Positions 1-7,763 of a DNA stretch of 64,000 nt are shown here, one piece after another. Under the pieces are notes generated by a model that worked only from the letters and a program-made list of their open reading frames with translations, had not been told where the DNA came from and made no database searches. How positions within the stretch are numbered: the stretch's first letter is position 1; each line of letters opens with the position of its first letter. The translations under genes were made by a program, and so were the position numbers. The stretch is from Bacteroidaceae bacterium. Its GTDB lineage: Bacteria; Bacteroidota; Bacteroidia; Bacteroidales; Bacteroidaceae. The DNA lies in the NCBI GenBank assembly GCA_017520935.1, contig JAFXEF010000045.1:44469-108468 (forward strand), read 5' to 3'.

Positions 1-1
1 A

Positions 2-535
2 GATATGAGCTGGCTCTACAAGGACGTACGCTCCTGGTGCCAGCAACAGCGAGACCTCGTGCTCAAGACCGGAAGCCGGGCCCTCAACTGCTTCTACAAG
101 CGTTCCAGCGTAAGCGCCTTCCGCATGACCACCCTCTGCTACCACCTGTGGTGCATGAATGAAGGTGTAGAGTGTAGGGAGGAGGGTGTAGGGAACCATC
201 CGGACGGCAAGTCCCTAAACCCTAAACCCTACACCCTAAACCAAAAAAGTTGCATCCGCTTCTACCGCTTCATGGCCCAGTACATCCTGGACGGCCTCAT
301 GGCCCGCTGGGGCAAACGCTTCGAAGACACGCAGCGAAAAACAGATACCGACGAAAGTCCCAAGGCCTGCCTCTACGACCAGCTACCCAAGCAGTTCACC
401 CGCGACCAGCTCAGGGAACTCATCGTAAAGCTCGACCTCAGCACCCCGGCCCGCATCTTCCTCAGCAAATGGAAACGTGCCCGCCTCATCCACCAGGAAA
501 CCAAAGACTCCGACACCTACATCAAGAACTATTAA
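2..535 (+). CDS. Hypothetical protein, C-terminal part (ORF open to window edge), primase-adjacent
   Basis: The frame is open from nt 2. The stop TAA at 533-535 lies 1 nt before the primase ATG. I can name no catalytic motif. nt 164-242 encode an in-frame low-complexity segment, GVECREEGVGNHPDGKSLNPKPYTLN. Confidence 0.4.
   Translation, partial: DMSWLYKDVRSWCQQQRDLVLKTGSRALNCFYKRSSVSAFRMTTLCYHLWCMNEGVECREEGVGNHPDGKSLNPKPYTLNQKSCIRFYRFMAQYILDGLMARWGKRFEDTQRKTDTDESPKACLYDQLPKQFTRDQLRELIVKLDLSTPARIFLSKWKRARLIHQETKDSDTYIKNY
164..242. repeat. Imperfect 31-nt inverted pair of stutter repeats (GGTGTAGAGTGTAGGG... / ...CCCTAAACCCTAAACC) inside a CDS
   Basis: The left arm is 164-194 and the right arm 212-242. 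The reverse complement of the right arm matches the left arm at 25 of 31 positions. The loop is 17 nt. Confidence 0.8.
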
Positions 536-536
536 A

Positions 537-1454
537 ATGGAAAGATTCGAACTACAGAAACTCAGAGACCTCCCCATCGAGGGAGTAGCCCACCAGCTGG
601 GCATGAAGGTACAGAAGCACAAGACCCTCTGCCCCTTCCACGAAGACCGCCACCCCAGCCTCAGCTTCCACACCGGCCGCAACACCTTCAAGTGCTTCGT
701 CTGCGATGCTCACGGAGGCGTCATCGACCTCACTATGCAGGTCCTGAGAAAGGATTTCAAGGAAGCCTGCCGGTGGCTGGCAGATGAGCACAACATCATT
801 GTGAGCGAATGGAAACCTGCTGAAAGCCCTCAACTCATCACTCATAACTCAAAACTCATAACTACGAAATACGCCAAGTATTTCGCCCATCCCTACCTGA
901 ACGCAGAAGCCCGCACGTTCCTCTTCGAGGAGCGCAAGCTCCACCCGGCCGTCATCCGCTGGTGCCGCTTGAACTCCTACACCGACCGCCACGACACCCC
1001 CTGGCTCCAGATACCCTACTACGACATCGACGGCCACCTCATAGGAGTCCAGAACCGCCGACTGAGTCATCCCCCTTTAAGGGGGAACGAGGAGGTCCAC
1101 CCCCGTTTCCGCTTTCCTCGTGGTAGTAAATGCCGAATCTACAACCTGCCGGTGCTAAAGATGCTCAAGGAAGGCGAAGACCTCTGGATAGCCGAAGGCT
1201 GCTCCGACTGCTGGGCTCTGCTCAGCTCAGGAAAGAAAGCCATAGCCATCCCATCGGCCACCCTGTTAAGGGAAACAGACTTAGAGTCCCTGAACCCTAA
1301 ACTCTCAACCCTCAACCTTCATATGTACCCCGATGCCGACCTCCCCGGCGAGAAGCTCTACCTCCAGCTCAAGACCCTCTATCCGGAGATTATCAGACAT
1401 ACATTACCAACAAACCATAAAGATTATTCAGAGTATTATGCAAGTAGTCATTAA
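537..1454 (+). CDS. DNA primase, CHC2 zinc finger plus Toprim-like domain
   Basis: CPFHEDRHPSLSF...FKCFVCDAHGGVIDL is a CHC2 zinc-finger motif. Toprim-like acidic motifs WIAEGCSD and YPDADLPGE lie in the C-terminal half. I chose ATG 537 rather than the track start 477 because it follows the upstream stop by 1 nt. Confidence 0.8.
   Translation: MERFELQKLRDLPIEGVAHQLGMKVQKHKTLCPFHEDRHPSLSFHTGRNTFKCFVCDAHGGVIDLTMQVLRKDFKEACRWLADEHNIIVSEWKPAESPQLITHNSKLITTKYAKYFAHPYLNAEARTFLFEERKLHPAVIRWCRLNSYTDRHDTPWLQIPYYDIDGHLIGVQNRRLSHPPLRGNEEVHPRFRFPRGSKCRIYNLPVLKMLKEGEDLWIAEGCSDCWALLSSGKKAIAIPSATLLRETDLESLNPKLSTLNLHMYPDADLPGEKLYLQLKTLYPEIIRHTLPTNHKDYSEYYASSH
1071..1085. repeat. GC-rich palindrome CCCCCTTTAAGGGGG inside the primase CDS
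   Basis: A 15-nt palindrome read directly from the sequence. It encodes part of SHPPLRGNEE and belongs to the CCCTC..GAGGG-type hairpin family seen elsewhere in the window. Confidence 0.7.
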
Positions 1455-1923
1455 CAGAAAAACCCGAAACCCTCTCTACACCGAAGGCACCCTCAACATC
1501 AACGGCCAGCAAATCACCTTTACGGTAGAGGCCACCGAAGTGATGCTCCCAACCGGACACTACACCCTGAAGATTGTGAAGCTCTCGGAGCGCAAGCAAA
1601 AGCTCTACCTCTTCAGCGGTAAGCAGCGTACCCATTGGACCATCGGCATCAGCCACTCTTGGGTAGGCAGCAAGAAGAAGCACCTCATTGCCATCGGCCA
1701 TCCCCTCATTCCGGGAGTTGTGTACCAAGCCACCTCCGTGTACAATCGCCTCGTCGATCGTCTCAGCAAGTGCATGGATAGGAAAGAGCCCATCCACCTC
1801 ACCATCAGTGACTCCCACTGCCGCCCAAACCACCCCATCAGCCACTGGCTCATCCCCGGTCATCCTGAAACCTGCGTTAAGCGAGAGCAGAGCCAAGCTT
1901 GCTTGAGCTATGCCGAGCGTTAG
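1438..1923 (+). CDS. Hypothetical protein (161 aa)
   Basis: ATG 1438 lies inside track ORF 1333..1923 and overlaps the primase end by 17 nt. No motif recognised. The antisense ORF 1393..1941 is judged a shadow. Confidence 0.45.
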   Translation: MQVVINRKTRNPLYTEGTLNINGQQITFTVEATEVMLPTGHYTLKIVKLSERKQKLYLFSGKQRTHWTIGISHSWVGSKKKHLIAIGHPLIPGVVYQATSVYNRLVDRLSKCMDRKEPIHLTISDSHCRPNHPISHWLIPGHPETCVKREQSQACLSYAER

Positions 1924-1990
1924 CAGGTCCGACAAAGTCAACTTGTTTCAGGATCTGAAGAAAGTACTAACCACTAAATATTAAACAATC

Positions 1991-2113
1991 ATGAATGAAA
2001 AGACCAAAAACATCCTGAGAATCATCCTCACCGTTATCGACACCATCATCCACCTCTTCATCAAGAAGAACGACAGTCACACCAACGAAAAGACCAAGAA
2101 GGAGCAGCCATGA
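1991..2113 (+). CDS. Small membrane protein (40 aa), holin-like position
   Basis: Below the ORF-track cutoff. Translation: MNEKTKNILRIILTVIDTIIHLFIKKNDSHTNEKTKKEQP, one hydrophobic helix followed by a charged tail. Its stop overlaps the peptidase start (ATGA at 2110-2113). Confidence 0.4.
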   Translation: MNEKTKNILRIILTVIDTIIHLFIKKNDSHTNEKTKKEQP

Positions 2114-2538
2114 TCCAGCTAACCCGTCACTTCCGTCTGAGCGAATTCACCCGCTCCCGGACCGCCGATGCCCATGGCATAGACAACACCCCCACGTTGG
2201 CCATAGTGAGCAGCCTCCAGCACCTCTGCCAGCAAGTGCTGGAGCCCCTGCGGCTCTGGGCAGGACAGCCCATCATTATCAACTCAGGCTACCGCTGTCC
2301 GGAGCTCAACCGTCTCGTAGGAGGTGTCTCCAACAGCCAGCACCAGAGTGGTGAAGCCGCCGACATCCGCCTGCCCGACAAGGCCACCGGCCAACGCTAT
2401 GCCGAGTTCATCCTCGAAAACTGCCGTTTCGACCAGCTTCTTTTCGAGCGAAACTCTTCCGGCACCTATTATTGGCTTCACGTCTCCTGCAAGCACAAAG
2501 ACAACCGCCAGATGTTCCGTCCCAACGTCAAGGTCTGA
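2110..2538 (+). CDS. Peptidase M15 family (D-Ala-D-Ala carboxypeptidase / endolysin-like)
   Basis: SGYRCPELNRLVGG...SQHQSGEAADI matches the H-x6-D zinc site of VanY/M15 peptidases. The 142-aa size is typical of phage-type cell-wall hydrolases. Confidence 0.8.
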   Translation: MIQLTRHFRLSEFTRSRTADAHGIDNTPTLAIVSSLQHLCQQVLEPLRLWAGQPIIINSGYRCPELNRLVGGVSNSQHQSGEAADIRLPDKATGQRYAEFILENCRFDQLLFERNSSGTYYWLHVSCKHKDNRQMFRPNVKV

Positions 2539-2618
2539 AAACAAACAAGCGCCAAGTAGTCAATCACTACCTGACGCTTGATTTTTCTTCCCACACGCAC
2601 TCATAGATATCGTGCTCC

Positions 2619-3179
2619 TTAATGTTGGCCAACCTGTAATCGCGCTCCCGCTGCCAGTACTGCATCTTCACGCTCTGGGTCACGTACCACCTCCAGGTCG
2701 CTTCTATCGGGATTATGTACCACCCTAAGTTCGGTTTTCTCTTTTCCCTCAGTTCCCATGTTAGAAGACAAATTCAGTTCTTCCAGTACAGGCCAAAGAC
2801 TCTCCTTCTTTCCACCCGATGAAATTACAAAGCTACACGATGCATTATTAATATCCCTATAGAACCGTACAAATCTCATAAAGTCCACACTGTAAATATC
2901 TACATCGCTGATATCAAAGCCTATTTTGATATTACGCATTTCATCCTCCCGATGAAACACAATGTCCGAGTACGAACCGAACTTCTTGAACCACCCATTC
3001 AGTACAATGGAGCGCGACTCAATCTGGTCCTGCAGGGTCTGAGTCACCAGCAGTATGCTCTGCAAGATGGTACTCTTGCCCGAACTGTTCGCCCCCGTAA
3101 AGATAGTCAGCGGCCGGAAGTTCAGCACCTTCTGCTGATTGATGGCCTTGAAATTATTCAGTATCCATTTGTTGATCAT
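2619..3179 (-). pseudogene. Truncated ABC/AAA_15-21-type ATPase (N-terminal fragment only)
   Basis: It has Walker A GANSSGKST and an N-terminus similar to the ATPase at 6100..7206, but no Walker B or H-loop follows. The last ~100 nt become GC-rich, and a different frame there carries an unrelated C-terminal fragment (WYIIPIEATWRWYVTQSVKMQYW...). Confidence 0.55.
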
Positions 3180-3223
3180 AGGCGTTAACTGTTAATGCGT
3201 AACTTGTATTTTTTTTGATTCTA

Positions 3224-3384
3224 CTAACTCATTATCGCTTCCTTGATGCAATCCACGATGTACTTCACATCCTCATCCGTCACATACGGTCCCATAGAAC
3301 CACCCAGTTTGTATCGAATGCCTCCTTCACATATTTCTGTTCCGCACCCTCCTCTGACAGATGCGCCAGACAGAGATAAATCAT
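3224..3384 (-). pseudogene. DegT/DnrJ/EryC1-type aminotransferase remnant with large internal deletion
   Basis: The N-terminal piece MIYLCLAHLSEEGAEQKYVKEAFDTNWV is joined out of frame to the C-terminal tail GPYVTDEDVKYIVDCIKEAIMS. Roughly 300 internal codons are missing. Confidence 0.55.
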
Positions 3385-3541
3385 CTTTCTCTCTTCCATG
3401 ATAAATATTGCATAAAAAAAATGAATACGAAATTGCGTTCCATGCACGAGAGGCATGGAACATAAAAGATACAGGCACAAGCAACTTGCACCCATTTTTT
3501 AATTTGTCGAGTAAAACTATTGTACTATTGCCAAGCCTTAC

Positions 3542-4021
3542 TTAATCTTCACCATAAGACACGGCCGGTTCATTCAGCAATGAGGGAGTATGATTGCTTA
3601 CGTCATAACCTTGCAACAAATCACAGAATTCCGTAGGAGTTTTCACAAGAATTGCAGAATTCACATAATCCTTCACATTACGTGTGATGACAACATCTGC
3701 ATTACTCTCCTTTGCTGTATAATATTGCACTGCATCCTCAAAATCCAAGAAAGCAGAGTCAAGTGCTTGCTCAATAATATTCCCATCTACGGCAAGCACG
3801 GTAAATGCTTTATTAATATCTGCCAATAGGCTTAGCAGTTCCTTATGCTCATATTGTTTACGAAGCACGTAATATATCGTTGTAAAAGAAAGGGAAGATA
3901 TACAAAGTTCCCAATTCTGGCCATCGCTTACTGTCATTATTCGGCAAGCATCCGCTGCAAAAGGCTGACGTTTTGCCAAATAATCAATAATGACGTTTGT
4001 GTCAAGAAAGAGTCTCATCAC
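3542..4021 (-). CDS. PIN-domain toxin (VapC-like)
   Basis: MMRLFLDTNVIIDYL is a PIN-type N-terminus. The protein is 159 aa and its gene has a 4-nt overlap with the small upstream ORF. Confidence 0.8.
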   Translation of the reverse strand: MMRLFLDTNVIIDYLAKRQPFAADACRIMTVSDGQNWELCISSLSFTTIYYVLRKQYEHKELLSLLADINKAFTVLAVDGNIIEQALDSAFLDFEDAVQYYTAKESNADVVITRNVKDYVNSAILVKTPTEFCDLLQGYDVSNHTPSLLNEPAVSYGED

Positions 4022-4248
4022 ACACGATATTTTTCAGACAATGCTTCCTCTAATTCACGTTTATAGTCAAAATCGTCAGAAAGCTGCACACAGCCATATA
4101 GACGTTGTATCAGCTGTGCTCTGTCCACCGTCACCATAGGTTGAGTTTCAGACTGTGTCATCCCCCATCCCATTTTCTTGACAAGTTCACTCAAGAAGCG
4201 AACGTCCGACTGAGGCACGTTAAGGCTTACATTTACAACATTATCCAT
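4018..4248 (-). CDS. Putative antitoxin of the PIN toxin
   Basis: A 76-aa ORF immediately upstream of and overlapping the PIN gene, the classic type II TA layout. No motif recognised. Confidence 0.55.
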   Translation of the reverse strand: MDNVVNVSLNVPQSDVRFLSELVKKMGWGMTQSETQPMVTVDRAQLIQRLYGCVQLSDDFDYKRELEEALSEKYRV

Positions 4249-4452
4249 AACACCAATATTAGTTGTTGCAAAGAAACAAATAAAATCCGAATATTCCTAA
4301 TGCCAACTCATAAAAATCCCACAGATTTTCGATTCATCAGAAAATAGAAAATCCTATTAAAAGGTTATCGTCTTCGTTATCGTTTTCGTAAATTGTCAAA
4401 TTATTCAATAGTACATAAATTGTACATTGTAAATCGTCAAATCGTAAATTAA

Positions 4453-5135
4453 TTAAATCATCTCCCCAGCATAGTGCATCTTCTTGCCCAGCACCGTGCA
4501 GAAAATCATCTGTATATCTTTGATGAAGCTATAATTGCGGTAGTAGTAGCAGTTGAGGCGCACCTTATCGGGGTATATCACATTATCGTTGTACCAACTG
4601 CCAATTCTTGATCGGGAAGTCCCTCGGGAATTTGGAATCCACTTATCACTTTTAACTTTTCACTCTTCACTTTATTGATGAAGTCCGCTATCATCTCGTC
4701 CTCCACGCGGTATTTCAGTGTGGCAGGTCCTGTGATGCCTGGGCGCAGCTTCAGCACATCGCGGTCGTCACCAGTGAGCTTGTCGGCATATCCGGGCACG
4801 TCGGGTCGTGGTCCGACGAACGACATCTTTCCTATCATCACATCCCACAGGCCAGGCAGTTCGTCTATCTTGTAGTGACGCAGCTTAGCGCCAAACGGTG
4901 TGATGCGCGAGTCGCCCGCCACTGACACCGTAGAGCCATTGTGCGCCACCGTCATGGAGCGGAACTTATGACATTTGAATAGCTTACCCCCCTTGCCCAC
5001 ACGCTTTTGCACGAAAAAGGCAGGTCCGCCCGGCATCTTCACCTTCACAAGTATGGCCGTCACCAGTATCACAGGCCACAAGAAACAGAGACCGAGGAAT
5101 GCAACCACTCGGTCGAAAATAAATTTTAAAAACAT
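4453..5135 (-). pseudogene. Bacterial sugar transferase (polyprenyl-phosphate glycosyl-1-phosphate transferase family), reading frame broken near the 3' end
   Basis: ORF 4578..5135 has an N-terminal TM helix plus KRVGKGGKLFKCHKFRSM and PGITGPATLKYR. The expected C-terminus YNDNVIYPDKVRLNCYYYRNYSFIKDIQMIFCTVLG is in another frame, ending at stop 4453-4455. The two frames overlap across a stutter tract at about 4636-4676. Confidence 0.6.
4999..5135. repeat. 137-bp direct repeat, copy A (5' end of the transferase gene)
   Basis: 131 of 137 nt are identical to 7786..7922, with no indels. Five of the six mismatches lie in the last 15 nt next to the ATG. Confidence 0.9.
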
Positions 5136-5213
5136 ATCAATTGAAAAAATGACTTTTTCTAAAGAAAGTCTTATTTTAACATATTAGGAAAACTCAGAAT
5201 TAAGTAAATCATC

Positions 5214-6089
5214 TTATCGCTTTAATTTGATGTCATGCCCACGCTTAAATCCTGTATTTACTTTTCCTAAAAAAGAGATTTCTCTTATATGTTTCCCACG
5301 ATGATCAAGTAACTCAAAAGCCTGCTTTTCAAAATCAATACTCAAAAAAGCTGCTTCACTATATCTGAATTTAACAGGTTTGAATATGCGACGAATTTTC
5401 TCTTTACCCGAATTGATTGAAGATAAACGTTCATCTTCAATCCAACCATTTAATCGCGCCACAAATGTTCCTTCTTGTTTCAATCTTACGATTCTTTCAC
5501 CTCTGGGCAATTTTGAAAAATCGGGTAGAGATTCACAATATCTCTTTGTTTTTTCAATATTCCAAATAGGATTAGAGATAGGATTTACACTACGTTCAGG
5601 CACTCCTGTCAAAAAATCATCCCTATATATCTCAACATTCCCGATATGCAAATTTTTGACAGAAACATCCTTTCCTTTATTCTTTTCACTATTATGCAAA
5701 TATGCGGCAAAAGAATCGCATATAAATGAGTTATCATACACGATACTAACTGCTGGCATATTTTTTGTATAAGCCAATGTTAATAACACAGCAATATCCT
5801 CTTTCGAATTTTCATCTCGGCAGATATATTCATTGCTTTTAGATGAATCTGCATGCTTTTTTACAAACTTATTATAAAAAATCTTTATTTTCAAACGTAA
5901 ATTCTCCGATTTCAGTTCATGTATTTCTTTATGAAGAATGGATGCCTCATTTTGAGGGAACAACACTTTCTGAACATCATACTCATCAGCCAATTTATTC
6001 ATCAATGCCATAAACTCATGCCATGACTTACACGACAGAAATGACCCTGATCTTAAAGCCACATCCCATTCATTCAAAGGAAGTTCCAT
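5214..6089 (-). CDS. Hypothetical protein, third gene of the DUF262/ATPase cassette
   Basis: A 291-aa ORF lying 10 nt downstream of the ATPase gene. It has a coiled-coil-like stretch HKEIHELKSENLRLKIKIF. No catalytic motif recognised. Confidence 0.6.
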   Translation of the reverse strand: MELPLNEWDVALRSGSFLSCKSWHEFMALMNKLADEYDVQKVLFPQNEASILHKEIHELKSENLRLKIKIFYNKFVKKHADSSKSNEYICRDENSKEDIAVLLTLAYTKNMPAVSIVYDNSFICDSFAAYLHNSEKNKGKDVSVKNLHIGNVEIYRDDFLTGVPERSVNPISNPIWNIEKTKRYCESLPDFSKLPRGERIVRLKQEGTFVARLNGWIEDERLSSINSGKEKIRRIFKPVKFRYSEAAFLSIDFEKQAFELLDHRGKHIREISFLGKVNTGFKRGHDIKLKR

Positions 6090-6099
6090 AGAGAAAGAG

Positions 6100-7206
6100 T
6101 TAACCTATTAACGTATCCAAAGCCTTTTCCCATTCATCAAAGAATCCCTTAGGCCATCTGTCCAAATCCCCATCTCCATTCAACACGATATGCTGTGCTT
6201 CGTGGAAGCCATTACGAACTGCAAAATATAAAATCGCAACATTTTCAGAAGAGATCATCTTCTCCTTTGCTGCCACTCGTACTCCATTCAAAAGATGGTC
6301 ACTATGTGTCTCTACAATCAACTGGATACCTTGTTCTGCAGCCATCGCGAGGAACACCCCCAATCTAAACTGTGCCGCCGGGTGCAAATGTGCTTCCGGA
6401 TTCTCCAGTAAAACACCTCCATTTTTCTTTGCTGTCAAAACTGCCGTCACAATAGGTAACAGATAAGAATATCCAAATGCCGAATTCAAAGGCGAAAAGA
6501 CATTCTCCTTGGCAATATCCCCCATGGTATATGTCAATCGTAAATCTTCACTGTTAACCTTTTCCACCTTCGCCGTGATTTTTGTCCCCATGATATAACT
6601 CATCCATGCCGACACATTATCACCTAGTCGAAGAGTAGAAACCGCTTCAGCTTTCAAGGCAGGAATAGCCAAATCCGCCACTTTATCAATAGCATCAAAC
6701 AATATCCCTACAGCTTTGTCACCATGCTTATTACCCATGCGACTATAGTTTTTCTCCGATGGATTCATCAACTTATAATCCATTTGTGGAGCCAATCGCT
6801 CAGCATTTAAATAGACAAAATCATCCTCGAACAAAAATAATCCACGCTTGGAATAATCATTTGGAGAAATCTCCACATGCTGCAAATGATTGGCACTATC
6901 TATTTGCGGAATCTTAAATTGGAAATCCTGTTCAGAATCTTCTATATGAATCTCAACAGACTCATTCACGGCCTGCTTGTATAATAAAGCCTCACCATTA
7001 ATCAGATTTGCCAACTCTCCATTTAGACAAAGATAATCGTCCTGAAAATAGCGTGACACAAAACTCTGCCGTATCAACAACAAAGATTGAATCAACGTAG
7101 ATTTTCCTACACCATTCATTCCTGTTACGAGGGTTAGAGGAGCCAACCGAACCTGCAACTCATCAAAACACTTGAAATTCCTCAGTATGATATATTCAAT
7201 CATCAC
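6100..7206 (-). CDS. ABC-type (AAA_15/21) ATPase with DUF3696-like C-terminus
   Basis: Motifs read: Walker A GMNGVGKST, ENPEAHLHPAAQ, H-loop ETHSDH, and a C-terminal WPKGFFDEW. Confidence 0.8.
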   Translation of the reverse strand: MMIEYIILRNFKCFDELQVRLAPLTLVTGMNGVGKSTLIQSLLLIRQSFVSRYFQDDYLCLNGELANLINGEALLYKQAVNESVEIHIEDSEQDFQFKIPQIDSANHLQHVEISPNDYSKRGLFLFEDDFVYLNAERLAPQMDYKLMNPSEKNYSRMGNKHGDKAVGILFDAIDKVADLAIPALKAEAVSTLRLGDNVSAWMSYIMGTKITAKVEKVNSEDLRLTYTMGDIAKENVFSPLNSAFGYSYLLPIVTAVLTAKKNGGVLLENPEAHLHPAAQFRLGVFLAMAAEQGIQLIVETHSDHLLNGVRVAAKEKMISSENVAILYFAVRNGFHEAQHIVLNGDGDLDRWPKGFFDEWEKALDTLIG

Positions 7207-7215
7207 GAAACTATT

Positions 7216-7665
7216 CTAATCATTTAATCTTTTAAAAATAGAATTCAAAACCTCTTTGGGTAGTTCTGTAGTCAACACATACCCCATCAATGATGTATTA
7301 ATGAATCTCCGTTTCACAGAAGGAAGTAAATCCGAGAAATATCCATTATACACCTTGGACAACAATTCCAAGTCATGTAATTGAAATTCATCATTTACAT
7401 ATCGACGTATAGCATGGATTCTCTCCACACCGTCCAACACAGTCCACTGTGGATAAGCACCATTAAAATAGAATGAAGCAATAGGAATACCCGATAATAC
7501 AGATTCGACAAAACGTATTTGCTTTTGTTCATTCCACCTCTTCCTTTGCACTCTTTTACCAATCAATTGCCCATCATCCATTCTCTGCATCAACTCACGG
7601 ATGGTAAAATGCTGCATTCTGAAATCAGTACTTCCAATTATATCATTCATTATGTGAGTATTCAT
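7216..7665 (-). CDS. DUF262 / ParB-like N-terminal domain protein (149 aa)
   Basis: VQRKRWNEQKQIRFVESVLSGIPIASFYF and VLDGVERIHAIRRY fit the QR..W ... DG.QR pattern of DUF262. Confidence 0.7.
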   Translation of the reverse strand: MNTHIMNDIIGSTDFRMQHFTIRELMQRMDDGQLIGKRVQRKRWNEQKQIRFVESVLSGIPIASFYFNGAYPQWTVLDGVERIHAIRRYVNDEFQLHDLELLSKVYNGYFSDLLPSVKRRFINTSLMGYVLTTELPKEVLNSIFKRLND

Positions 7666-7690
7666 TACAAGTAATATTAAAACTCATCCA

Positions 7691-7724
7691 CAAAAATAGA
7701 TATTTTTGTTTGAACTATCGCAAA
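7691..7724 (-). promoter_or_regulatory. Candidate Bacteroides-type promoter of the cassette (-33 TTTG, -7 TAttTTTG)
   Basis: On the minus strand TTTG is at 7724-7721 and TATTTTTG at 7698-7691, 22 nt apart. The box lies about 26 nt upstream of ATG 7665 and is part of the palindrome CAAAAATAGATATTTTTG. Confidence 0.4.
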
Positions 7725-7763
7725 ATATTACAGAAATAACAACAATAATCGTTTCAGACGGAG

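Noticed and set aside
212-242. The plant-type telomere repeat (CCCTAAA)n, also present as GGTTTAGGGTTTAGGG at about 35897-35915, might indicate eukaryotic contamination or a chimeric assembly.
   Set aside because: Only two to three units occur at a time. They are embedded in continuous bacterial ORFs or operon junctions and grade into other degenerate words (CTCTAAAC, CACTAAAC). They are part of the local stutter-repeat family.
477-536. An N-terminal extension of the primase ORF (MPASSTRKPKTPTPTSRTIK).
   Set aside because: It overlaps the end of the upstream ORF in another frame. The conserved primase sequence starts at ATG 537, immediately after the upstream stop.
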